A program made the translations under genes and the position numbers. A stretch of 32,000 nt of DNA from assembly GCA_963732925.1 (NCBI GenBank), contig CAVTBJ010000006.1, positions 170,992 through 202,991 on the forward strand, given 5' to 3'. The notes under the pieces were generated by a model. The model did not search any database. It saw only the letters and a list, made by a program, of their open reading frames with translations, and was not told the DNA's origin. Source of the DNA: Terriglobia bacterium (GTDB lineage: Bacteria > Acidobacteriota > Terriglobia > Terriglobales > Acidobacteriaceae). The number at the start of each line of letters is the position of its first letter. The first letter of the stretch is position 1. Shown piece by piece: positions 1-9,000 of the stretch.

Positions 1-1884
1 TCGTCCGATGGCTGGCAGGACCTGAAGGCGCACAAGCAGATGACTTGGGAATACACGCGGGCAGAGAATGGCAATGTGGCTCTGACTGCCGAGATCAATC
101 TTTTCAAGTCGCAGGGAGAATGTGTACTGGCGCTCGGCTTTGGCAAGGACCCGGATGAAGCGGCACGGAATGCCATCGCCAGCCTTCGCGACGGCTTTGA
201 CAAAGCGAAGCACGACTATATAGCCGGCTGGCAAGAATGGACGAAGGCGCACGCATCGCCGAAGAAGAACGGCGTCAGTCCGGACAATCTTTCCCAGATT
301 AGCCTTGCTGTCCTGCGCACCCACGAGTCCAAGACCGCGCCCGGCGCGCTCATCGCCAGCCTCGCCATCCCGTGGGGATTCAGCAAGGGGGATAACGATC
401 AGGGTGGCTACCATCTCGTCTGGTCGCGCGACATGGTGGAATCGGCGGGTGGTTTGCTCGCTGCTGGCGCGCACGAAGATACTCGCCGGGTGCTGTCTTT
501 TTTGCGGAGAACCCAGCAGCCGGATGGGCACTGGTCACAAAATATGTGGCTGGATGGCTCTCCCTATTGGGACGGAATCCAAATGGACGAGACGGCTTTG
601 CCGATTCTTCTGGTGGACCTGGTGCACCGCGAAAATGTTTTGACCGGGGCTGATGTGGCGCAGTTTTGGCCGATGGTGCGGAAAGCCGCGGGTTATTTGG
701 CGCGCAACGGCCCGGTGAGCCCGCAGGATCGCTGGGAGGAAGATCCCGGCTATTCGCCATTCACAGTCGGGGCGGAAATCGCCGCACTTCTAGCGGCGGC
801 GGATCTGGCCGATTTGAATCACGAGGCACCCATTGCAGCTTACCTCCGCGAGATTGCGGATGTTTGGTGCCTATCCATCGACCGTTGGATGTACGCGTCC
901 GCGACGGACTGGTGCCGGAAGTTCAAGGTCGAAGGCTATTACGTCCGCATTGCCCCGAAGCAGACGGGTGCAGGTGGGGCAAGTTTTCAACAGAATGTTC
1001 GCGTCAAGAATGTGAGGGCTTCCGAAGACACCCGCAGGGCAAGCCATCTGATAAGTCCCGACGCGCTGGCGCTGGTGCGTTTTGGTTTGCGCGCGGCCGA
1101 TGACCCGCGCATTCGCGACACCGCAAAAGTCATTGACGCCTTGCTCAAAGTGCAAACCCCGTTCGGCCCTCTCTGGCATCGCTACAACGACGATGGCTAT
1201 GGCGAGCACGAGGATGGGGCTCCCTTTGATGGAACTGGGATTGGCCGCGGATGGCCACTGCTTGTCGGAGAGCGCGCGCACTACGAACTGGCGGCAGGCC
1301 GCACCGAAATCGCCAAACAACTCCTGGCCGCAATGGAATCTTTCGCCAATGAAAGCGGTTTGATTTCAGAACAAGTCTGGGACGCAGCTGACATAGGGGA
1401 ACGTGAGCTGCATTTTGGCCGGCCGTCCGGCTCGGCCATGCCGCTGGTTTGGGCGCACGCCGAATATCTCAAGCTGCGGCGCTCGCTGCATGATGGCCGG
1501 CTTTTCGACCAGCCGCCGCAAACGGTGCACCGCTATCTGAAGGAAAAAACCGTTTCCCCGCGCCTGACGTGGCGGTTCAACCACAAGCTGCGGTCGCTGC
1601 CGCCCGGACAACTCCTGCGCATCGAGTTGATGGCTCCGGCGGTTATTCACTGGACTGCTGATGATTGGAAAACTTGCCAAGACCTGAAGACTCACGATGC
1701 CGGGCTGAAGATTCATCTGGCCGATCTGCCGACCCAATCGCTTCCAGAAGGAAAGCAGATCAAATTCACATTCTATTGGCCGGACGCCAGTCATTGGGAA
1801 GGCAACGACTTCATGGTTCGCATTGCTACTTGGCGCAGAGAGGACTTTGTCTCGGCTGATAGGAGTGGGACAAATGGGAAATAA
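1..1884 (+). CDS. Glycoside hydrolase family 15 glucoamylase-like enzyme (5' end lies outside the window)
   Basis: Frame 1 is open from base 1 (SSDGWQDLKAHKQ precedes the first Met at 40), so the gene starts upstream. The translation shows GH15 catalytic-domain hallmarks: GGYHLVWSRDMVESAGGLLAAG, DGIQMDETALPILLV, RWEEDPGYSPFTVGAEIAALLAAADLA, SEQVWD and GSAMPLVWAHAEYLKL. Confidence 0.85.
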   Translation, partial: SSDGWQDLKAHKQMTWEYTRAENGNVALTAEINLFKSQGECVLALGFGKDPDEAARNAIASLRDGFDKAKHDYIAGWQEWTKAHASPKKNGVSPDNLSQISLAVLRTHESKTAPGALIASLAIPWGFSKGDNDQGGYHLVWSRDMVESAGGLLAAGAHEDTRRVLSFLRRTQQPDGHWSQNMWLDGSPYWDGIQMDETALPILLVDLVHRENVLTGADVAQFWPMVRKAAGYLARNGPVSPQDRWEEDPGYSPFTVGAEIAALLAAADLADLNHEAPIAAYLREIADVWCLSIDRWMYASATDWCRKFKVEGYYVRIAPKQTGAGGASFQQNVRVKNVRASEDTRRASHLISPDALALVRFGLRAADDPRIRDTAKVIDALLKVQTPFGPLWHRYNDDGYGEHEDGAPFDGTGIGRGWPLLVGERAHYELAAGRTEIAKQLLAAMESFANESGLISEQVWDAADIGERELHFGRPSGSAMPLVWAHAEYLKLRRSLHDGRLFDQPPQTVHRYLKEKTVSPRLTWRFNHKLRSLPPGQLLRIELMAPAVIHWTADDWKTCQDLKTHDAGLKIHLADLPTQSLPEGKQIKFTFYWPDASHWEGNDFMVRIATWRREDFVSADRSGTNGK

Positions 1885-3259
1885 AGCCAGATCGGAAGTG
1901 AACGGATTTGTTTACTTCGCTGTGGGGGTCGCCGCTCTCGGCGGCCTGCTCTTTGGCTATGATACGGGCGTTATTTCCGGGGCCATATTGTTCATTAAAA
2001 ATCAGTTTTCCCTGTCGGCCACCATGGAGGAAATTGTCGTCAGTTCCGTTTTAGTGGGTGCCGTCGTTGGCGCGACTATCGGAGGCGCTCTGACTGACCG
2101 CTTTGGTCGCCGCAAAATGATCATACTGGCCGGCATTATTTTTACGGTCAGCGCCGTCGGCACGACTCTAGCACCAACGGTTAGCTGGTTGATTGCGGCC
2201 AGGGTGGTGAGCGGAATCGCCATCGGCATCGCTTCATTTATCTCCCCGATGTATATTGCAGAACTTGTGCCGGCAAAAGTCCGCGGTTCACTGGTGGCGG
2301 TGAACATGCTGGCGATTACCACCGGCATCGTGGTTGCCTACCTGGTGGACTATGCACTGTCTGACATCCAGGGATGGCGCTATATGTTTGGCTTGGCGGC
2401 CATACCATCCATCATCCTGGTTGTTGCCATGTGGCGGTTACCCGACAGCCCGCGCTGGTTGATCAGCAAGGCCAAGGTGGAACAGGCAAGGCAGGCTTTA
2501 CAGCGTGTCCGGACGGAATCGGATGTAAGCCCGGAAGTCACGGCCATCCAGCAAAGCATAGAAAAGCAGGGCGACGGCGGGATTACTGGGCTATTCCAGC
2601 CTTCACTCAGGATGCCTATGATTGTGGGCTTAGGGCTGGCCGTATTTCAGCAGATAACCGGCATTAACACGGTCATTTATTACGCCCCGACTATTTTCAA
2701 GTTCGTCGGCATTGAGGCCTTCGGACCCGCAATCCTGGCCGGAGCGGGGTTGACCATGGTGATGTGGATTTTTCATGTGCTAGCCATCCTGCTGATGGAC
2801 CGCGTCGGCCGAAGGCCTTTGTTGTTAATCGGAGTGGCCGGTCAGATTATTGGCTTGGCGATCTTGGGCGCTGCTTTCCAGTTCCAGCAGTTGGCGAGTT
2901 TCAAAAGCTATGTAGCTATTGGCGGCTTGGTGATCTATGTCGCTTGTTTCGCTTTTGGACTCGGACCAATCTTCTGGCTGCTGATTTCCGAAATCTATCC
3001 CTTAAAGGTCCGTGGCGCGGCCATGAGCGCCGTGACCGTTACGAACTGGGCGATGAACCTGGTAGTGGCCGTGACCTTCCTGACCCTTGTCGGGGTTCTG
3101 GGGCATGCGGGAACTTTCTGGCTATACGGCGTAATAGCCGTCGGCGCGTGGGTCTTTTTTTATCGCCTGGTGCCGGAAACCAAGGGTAAAACCCTCGAAC
3201 AGATTGAAGAGCACTGGCGGTCGGGAAGGCCTCCACGGGCGTTATCAAACGCGGCATGA
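1874..3259 (+). CDS. MFS sugar porter family transporter (sugar/H+ symporter-like)
   Basis: Sugar-porter motifs are present: LTDRFGRRKMIL, LPDSPRWLISK, PETKGKTLEQIEEHW, with about 12 hydrophobic segments. I prefer ATG 1874 (MGNKARSE...) over the track start at 1823, because AGGAG at 1861-1865 sits 8 nt upstream and the start overlaps the GH15 stop codon (1882-1884). Confidence 0.9.
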   Translation: MGNKARSEVNGFVYFAVGVAALGGLLFGYDTGVISGAILFIKNQFSLSATMEEIVVSSVLVGAVVGATIGGALTDRFGRRKMIILAGIIFTVSAVGTTLAPTVSWLIAARVVSGIAIGIASFISPMYIAELVPAKVRGSLVAVNMLAITTGIVVAYLVDYALSDIQGWRYMFGLAAIPSIILVVAMWRLPDSPRWLISKAKVEQARQALQRVRTESDVSPEVTAIQQSIEKQGDGGITGLFQPSLRMPMIVGLGLAVFQQITGINTVIYYAPTIFKFVGIEAFGPAILAGAGLTMVMWIFHVLAILLMDRVGRRPLLLIGVAGQIIGLAILGAAFQFQQLASFKSYVAIGGLVIYVACFAFGLGPIFWLLISEIYPLKVRGAAMSAVTVTNWAMNLVVAVTFLTLVGVLGHAGTFWLYGVIAVGAWVFFYRLVPETKGKTLEQIEEHWRSGRPPRALSNAA

Positions 3260-3474
3260 AACCCACTAAGCCACGCATCCTGACGATCAATGGCGGCTCG
3301 TCGAGCATCAAGTTCGCGCTGTTCGAGGCCGGGAACTCGCTTCAACGGATTCTTGGGGGAGCGATCGAACGAATTGGACTGGAGGCCAGGTCGAGCGATT
3401 CACTGATCGCAGAGGACCAGTCCACCGCGCTGCCAGGCTTGAGGTCGTTCCCGCCCCGGAGTAGTTCAGCTTAA
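3256..3474 (+). pseudogene. ackA: Acetate/propionate kinase N-terminal remnant (72 codons, where about 400 are expected)
   Basis: MKPTKPRILTINGGSSSIKFALFEAGNSLQRILGGAIERIG matches the AckA N-terminus, including the I-L-x-I-N-x-G-S-S-S-x-K signature. The ATG overlaps the MFS stop codon (ATGA at 3256-3259). Similarity fades after about 42 aa and the frame stops at 3474. Confidence 0.6.
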
Positions 3475-3622
3475 GCAGACCACAGCAGAAGCACGTACCA
3501 TGGAGGTTTGGGGTTGTTGTACCACTTCAGATCCTCTGAACTAGGGCAGTCTGTCTGGAGGCTCTTTCTCCTTGGCTTTACATCGCGCGATACGAAGCGC
3601 ACGGTACGAAAGAGGATCGACC

Positions 3623-4342
3623 ATGAAGTCACCATACGGACTCCCAGTTGTCGAGAGCTGCCAAAAGTGCCCGCTTCGTAAAAGTGGGTACTCTTGTAAC
3701 TTTTCCGCAGAACTGCTGCGTGAATTCGACGCGGTAAGCCGCTTGGCGGCATATCCAGAAAGTGCGATTCTGACTGTTGAGGGCCAGCAAGCTAGTGGAT
3801 TGTTCGTTTTGTGCTCAGGTCAGATGAAGCTCACCAGCACGTCCAAGAAAGGCAAGTCGGTCATTCTGAGAATCGCCCGCCCAGGTGAATTTGTGGGTCT
3901 TAGCTCTGTCCTGGCGGGAACGCCGCACGCCGCCTACGTGGAGACACTTACGCCCAGCCTCGTCCGGTTCGTCAGCAAGCAGGATTTCGAGCGCCTTATG
4001 CAGAAGTCCCCAGAATTGGGTATGCAGGTAGCACAGTCCCTGAGCACGGAATACGCGGCTGCCTGCCAGGAGATTCGCGCTTTGGCGATGGCGCCGTCTT
4101 CTGCCGGACGGCTCGCCAGTCTGCTGGTTTCTTGGTGCCCACAATCGTCGGCCAAGCGGCCCAATCCAGAGATCAGGATCAAGTCGGGATTCACTCACGA
4201 TGAACTCGCAGCCATGATCGGTACGACCCGTGAGACCGTGACCCGTACTTTTCGCGACTTTAAGCGGAACGGGATTGTGAATGTTAAGGGCTCCACCCTT
4301 GTTGTGAAAGACATAGCAGCCCTGCAGGCGCTGGCCGTCTGA
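3623..4342 (+). CDS. Crp/Fnr family transcriptional regulator with an N-terminal Cys cluster
   Basis: A cNMP-binding-like beta-roll (GLFVLCSGQMKLTSTSKKGKSVILRIARPGEFVG) is followed by a C-terminal HTH (THDELAAMIGTTRETVTRTFRDFKRNGIV). I prefer ATG 3623, preceded by AAGAGGA, over the TTG at 3572. Confidence 0.85.
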   Translation: MKSPYGLPVVESCQKCPLRKSGYSCNFSAELLREFDAVSRLAAYPESAILTVEGQQASGLFVLCSGQMKLTSTSKKGKSVILRIARPGEFVGLSSVLAGTPHAAYVETLTPSLVRFVSKQDFERLMQKSPELGMQVAQSLSTEYAAACQEIRALAMAPSSAGRLASLLVSWCPQSSAKRPNPEIRIKSGFTHDELAAMIGTTRETVTRTFRDFKRNGIVNVKGSTLVVKDIAALQALAV

Positions 4343-4559
4343 AGGGCACCTAGACGTACTTGCACCAGACCTCCAGGAAGGGAGTGGAACAACATGAACG
4401 TACCTGAACACTCCCTTATCACGATCGCGGCCTCAGCCGCTCTCCACTGTCCCGAGAGATGTCCCATAACTGCCGAATGAGGTGACATGGCGTCATGTTT
4501 CGTTCGCGAATACGAGTGTAAGTCGTTGAAATTGCTGGGCATCACATCAAGACAGAGAA

Positions 4560-4620
4560 TTGCTAAACCGTTATAGGGTCAAAAGCTCTATCGGGGGTTC
4601 GAATCCCCCCCTCTCCGCCA
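4560..4620 (+). pseudogene. tRNA-Ser(GCU) 3' half (anticodon loop through CCA); the 5' half is absent, so this is not a functional tRNA gene
   Basis: TTGCTAA-ACCGT-TATAGGGTCAAAAGCTCTATC-GGGGGTTCGAATCCCCC-CCTCTCC-G-CCA reads as anticodon loop with GCT, 3' anticodon stem, long variable arm, T arm, 3' acceptor strand, discriminator G and CCA. It closely parallels the layout of class II tRNA-Ser. The required 5' acceptor strand GGAGAGG and a D arm are not found in the 60 nt upstream. Confidence 0.75.
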
Positions 4621-4799
4621 GCTAGTCTGGAGGTCTCGATTCTCTGCTGGGATGTTCACGAAATTCGGCGGTTCCGGCTGAAATTCGGGATATTAAGTCC
4701 AGAAGCGGACAACAGAGAATGGCCTCTCTCGCCAGCCATGCCAGAAGAAGGTCGACTTCCTCCAGCCCTCGTAACAGCAGTCCGGTTTCGATCTTTCTT
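4560..4799 (+). repeat. Noncoding repeat copy A (tRNA-Ser 3' half plus about 180 nt downstream module)
   Basis: Shares exact blocks with copies B and C: CCGCCAGCTAGTCTG (4615-4629) and AGTCCGGTTTCG (4779-4790). It also shares TTCTCTGCTGGGATG, GAAATTCGG (twice, at 4660 and 4680), AGAAGCGGAC and TCCTCCAGC. Confidence 0.7.
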
Positions 4800-5105
4800 C
4801 GGTGTCTCCAAAGCGAACCGAGAGTTCGAATGACTCTCCCCCCGCCAGCTAGTCTGCGGGTTTCGGTTCTCTGCTGGGATGCTCACCGGAATCGCTAGTT
4901 TCGGACTGAAATTCGCGATGTGACTCAAGAAGCGGACTTTGGAGAATAGTATTGCCAATCCGGCCGAAATAAGGCTGAGTTCCTCCAGCGCTACGAACAG
5001 GAGTCCGGTTTCGCGCATGTTCGCCTGTGAGTCGAATCTGCGACAACCATATGTGTTGCGGTCCGGCGTTTCCGGTCCACCAGAATCGGCCTCTGCGTCG
5101 ATTAG
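4800..5105 (+). repeat. Noncoding repeat copy B (degenerate tRNA-Ser 3' end plus downstream module), in tandem with copy A
   Basis: The degenerate T-arm hairpin GAGAGT-TCGAATG-ACTCTC is followed by CCCCCGCCA. The shared blocks then follow: CCGCCAGCTAGTCTG (4842-4856), GAAATTCGCG (4908-4917) and AGTCCGGTTTCG (5002-5013). The CCA-to-CCA period from copy A is 227 nt. Confidence 0.7.
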
Positions 5106-5362
5106 CGTGCCCTCCTCGCGCTTGCTGTGATTGAACTCCGACGGTCAACCCTGCGGTCAGAGCTTCCTGCCTGAGTGAATCAACTGCCTCAGAGACAAAC
5201 AGGGTGAATTTGCGGCTGATAAGCTGAGGGCAGCAACAAAGCCGTGGTGCAATGCTCAAGTACGCGCAGCCGAAATGGGAATCGGAATTTCTGTTTTGAG
5301 GAAGCTGGACCCTTCAATTTGTTTAGGTCGCCACGGAGGAGGAAGTCCGCTGGCTACCCAGG

Positions 5363-5674
5363 TTATCCGACAACGAGAAAACCCGCCTCGCAGATCTCCC
5401 CTGCTTGTCGCACCCACATGATGCGGGCCTTCACGTATCCCCATGGGTAGCTGACGTCGGCCTCGGTTCCGGTCTTGAGGATACTACCGGGATAGCGAAT
5501 CCGAAAACCGCTAGGGCTTACATCCAGAAGCTCGCCCCGGATCACTCTTGTCCCAAAATCGAGGCGCACTACAACCTCCCCAGAAGCCAATTTGCGCTCC
5601 TCGCGCCTACGTTCTGGCTTAACTGCTGGTGTCCTTGATTCCTGCAGGTCGGGGGGGCCGTCACGAAGTGGCAT
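5363..5674 (-). CDS. Single-domain PilZ protein (putative c-di-GMP binding)
   Basis: Contains an RxxxR motif (RREER) and, about 25 aa later, a DxSxxG motif (DVSPSG), in a protein of about 100 aa. The start is ATG 5674 or GTG 5680. There is no strong SD. Confidence 0.65.
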   Translation of the reverse strand: MPLRDGPPDLQESRTPAVKPERRREERKLASGEVVVRLDFGTRVIRGELLDVSPSGFRIRYPGSILKTGTEADVSYPWGYVKARIMWVRQAGEICEAGFLVVG

Positions 5675-6059
5675 AGGCACACTTTTAGGCCCACTTCAGT
5701 GCATGAATAGAGAAATCCTCTCTGCGTTCCGTTTTCGGAACAATCCGGAGCAACTCTCCTTCGCGGAGCGCCTGTGTGCGGCGTCGCAAAGGAGCTAAGC
5801 GATAACCCAAAACCAGCCGCCGCACGAAGCAAGTGTTCCGGATTCGTAACAGGCCTGCACGCATATGTGGCAAATGGCGGTCCCTAAAGCAGGATTACGA
5901 TGAAAATCGGAGAGAACCGGTTTTGACGGTTGTGTAAGAATAGCCCGGAGTTCCCTAGCAATGGGCGAGCCGTGACTGCACTCCTCAACTGCTCACGCAG
6001 TCCCCGGAGTCCTGCTACTTTTCACAGGGGATTTCGGTCCGGCAGCATCACAGCAACAA

Positions 6060-9000
6060 ATGAGTCGCTCAACCTCGAGCTTAATGAAAACGCGTATCTC
6101 TGGTTTCGATCGCGTCCGGCGCTTACTCCCCGCAGTGCGGGCCGGAGCGCTGGTTGCACTTTTTTGTTCAATGACGGCTAATGTTGCGGTGTGCCAAAGA
6201 TTTGAAGGCACTCTGAGGGGGACCGTTCGCGACATTTCCGGTGCTGTCGTACCCGGAGTGCCGGTGCTTGTAACGAACGAGGCGACCGGCAGAGCTCAGA
6301 GTGTGACAACATCGGCTCTTGGGGGCTACGAGGTAGACGACCTGTTGGTTGGGGCGTACACCATTTCCGCAAGCGCCCCCCGGTTTCACACCTATACTCG
6401 CCAGCAAGTGCAGGTGAACGCGGCTCAGGTTACGGACGTAAGTCTGGTATTGAGACCTGCGGGACCTGCCGAATCAATCACGGTCCCTGCAGGTGCTGAC
6501 GTAACCCAAAAAGAAAGCTCCCAGCTTTCCTATACATTCAGCGGCTCTCTGCTGACCGATGTGCCGACCATCTTCTCTGCAAACGACTTCGGTTCCGTTC
6601 AGAACCTCGCGGTTTACCTTCCCCATACCACGTCTCAATTGGGGGGCACATCCGGCAATGGAGGATCGATCGGTGGCTTGCGGGGTCGGCAGAATATGTT
6701 CGCCATCGATGGTGCCTTGAACACGGACCTGCAGTCTTCCACGTCGTCCTTCGAGACGATTCAAGATGCGGTTGCGGAATTCTCCCTGGCAACCAACCAG
6801 TTCAGCGCGGAATACGGTGGTGCTTCAGGTGGCCAGTTTAATGTCGTTACCCGAAGCGGAGGGAATAAGCTTCACGGAGGGGTCTGGTGGTATGGCAGCA
6901 ATCGACATCTCAATGCTGCCTCCGCGCAGGAAAAGCAACTCATTGCGCAAGGCGTTCAGAACGAGAAGAGCCGGTTCGACTACAGCCGTCCCGGAGTTAG
7001 ATTAGGCGGCCCCATCGTCAAGCGAAGGCTGTTCTTTTTTGGAGCATACGAGCATCAGAGCACGCGCCTCCAAGCAGGAGTGCCTTCTATTCTGGCCCCT
7101 ACAGCCGACGGCCTCAGAATGCTACGACAGATTTCGGCAGATGATGCCGTTCGTGGATTGCTGCAGCAATTTCCCGTCGCGCCAGTTCAGGAATCCACTG
7201 CAGCAGTCATGGCCATGGGAAATACGTATTCAATCCCGATTGGAACCGCAATTGCCGTCGCTCCAAATTATCTGGAGGAACACAGCTACATTACCAATCT
7301 GGACTTTGGACAGGGGGCGCATCAGTTGCACTTTCGCCATCTCGCGAATTGGATCCAACAACCCAATCAGGGCGCATTTCCTCAGCCAGTGTTTGACTCG
7401 AAAGAATCCGTCCACAGCCAGAAGGCGGTTCTGGAGCACGTTTGGAGTGGAAGGCAATTTGTTCAGGACTTCAGATTTTCTTTTGGACGGCTTGCTGCCG
7501 CCTCTCCCCTTGAGAAAATGGCGGCCAACTACCCAACCATATTCATTGCTGAGCTTGGAGCTCTCATCGGGCCTGCCGGCAACCTGCCACAAGAGCGCAC
7601 GACCAACTTGTACGAAGCGAGTGACAGCGTTACGTACGCTTCTGGTCGCAGCGTATGGAAATTCGGGGGAGGCTATAGTTGGACAACCTCCCATTCCAAC
7701 TTCCTGCCCAACAGCCGCGGACAGCAGGCATACCAGACACTTAGCCGGCTCGTAAATGACCAGGTTCCGGACGTGGCTGGGGCCACGTTTTTGGGAATTG
7801 GAAGCGGCGATTTCGTAGCGAACACTGGCAGCTATTCGATCTTCGCGCAGAACGATCTGAAGTTAACGCCAAGATTGACTCTAAATCTGGGGATTCGTTA
7901 CGACCTCTTCGGACTCCCGAGAGATGCCGAGGAAAATGCACAAAACGCCACCTCCGATTGCCCTTCTTGTATCACCCCACTCGGCATTCCTCTGGTGTTT
8001 CGAAAACCAAAGAATGACAGGAACAATTTAGCGCCGCGGCTTGGTTTTGCCTGGGACCCAACGGGAACAGGTAAATGGGCAATACGAGGCGGGGGAGGAT
8101 TGGCCTACGACGTAGTTCCGTACAGTTTTTACAGCACGAGCATTCCGCCACAAAAACGGGCGACTTTGACTCCGAACAGTAGCTGCGCCGGTATTTTTGG
8201 CGCACCGCCCGTTTGGTGCCCCGCATTCCTGGCGGGCCAGCCCGGTTCTGGCTATCTTGCCGCGGGGGGGATGTCGACGACCTTTGTGCCGCCTTCTTCC
8301 CAAGCCGAAACCCGGGGCCTCACAGCATTTTTAATGCCCGACAATACTTCGCCTCAGGTTTATCACTGGTCCTTCGGAGTGCAACGCGAGCTGACGCTCA
8401 ACACTGGGCTGGAAGTAACTTACTTGGGCACACGCGGGCTGAGGCTTCCTGTACAAACTCAGTTGAACTCGATCAGCATTTTCGAGCGAGGCTTCCCCGG
8501 TCTGCCGACTTATTTTGAACTCTCGGACGTCCCCAGAAACGTATCCACAGACGCCCCCACCCGTGCACAAGCTGTTTCCCTGGAAGGGCCGCGTTTCGCC
8601 GGAGAAGGATTTTTCAGCCCCATAACGGCATATCCCGCCATCGGGGCAAGCCGGTATCAAGGGTTGTCTCTTGACCTGAACCGGCGCTTCAGCGGTGGTT
8701 TGATTTTCCGCTTCAACGCCACCTTTTCCTCGGCGAAAGATGATTCTACGAATGATTCGTTCACCAGCAGCGTCGACCCGCGCCGGGCGGAAGATCCATT
8801 CCATCTAAAGCGCGAGTGGGGGCGGTCTGTTATGGATGTCGGCCGCAAGTTCGCTCTGACGTGGGTGTACGAGATTCCAACGCCCGATCAACCCAATAGG
8901 TTTGTCCGGTCTTTGCTCAAGGACTGGGAATGGAGTGGCTCCTATTTGTGGCAGGGAGGGCAGCCGGTCACCATACTTTCTGGCGTGGATTCGAACGGCA

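Noticed and set aside
4394-4480. 28-aa ORF (MNVPEHSLITIAASAALHCPERCPITAE) with GGGAG upstream, just after the Crp/Fnr gene
   Set aside because: It is too short and featureless to support. Its putative RBS and start lie inside the 9-bp inverted repeat AAGGGAGTG/CACTCCCTT (4378-4386 / 4409-4417), which may simply be a transcript-end or regulatory hairpin.
3815-4545. Minus-strand ORFs of 198 aa and 116 aa overlapping the Crp/Fnr gene and its downstream region
   Set aside because: They are antisense to a gene with clear cNMP-binding and HTH motifs. They have no motifs or start context of their own.
4531-4620. Possible complete tRNA-Ser gene ending at the CCA at 4618-4620
   Set aside because: The 90 nt that a class II tRNA would need lack a 5' acceptor strand complementary to CCTCTCC, a D arm, and a 5' anticodon-stem strand complementary to ACCGT. 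Only the 3' half is present.
4656-5259. Track ORFs of 120 aa and 136 aa (minus strand) and 63 aa (plus strand) across repeat copies A and B; likewise the ORFs at 12807-13209 across copy C
   Set aside because: The repeat copies are conserved as nucleotide blocks, but the reading frames are not preserved between copies. The translations are Arg/Ser/Pro-rich low-complexity sequence with no start context. I treat them as noncoding.
5880-6059. Possible riboswitch (for example cobalamin or TPP) in the leader of the TonB-dependent receptor gene
   Set aside because: I could not find a B12-box-like GCCACTG core or other riboswitch signature sequences. No claim is made without a covariance-model scan.
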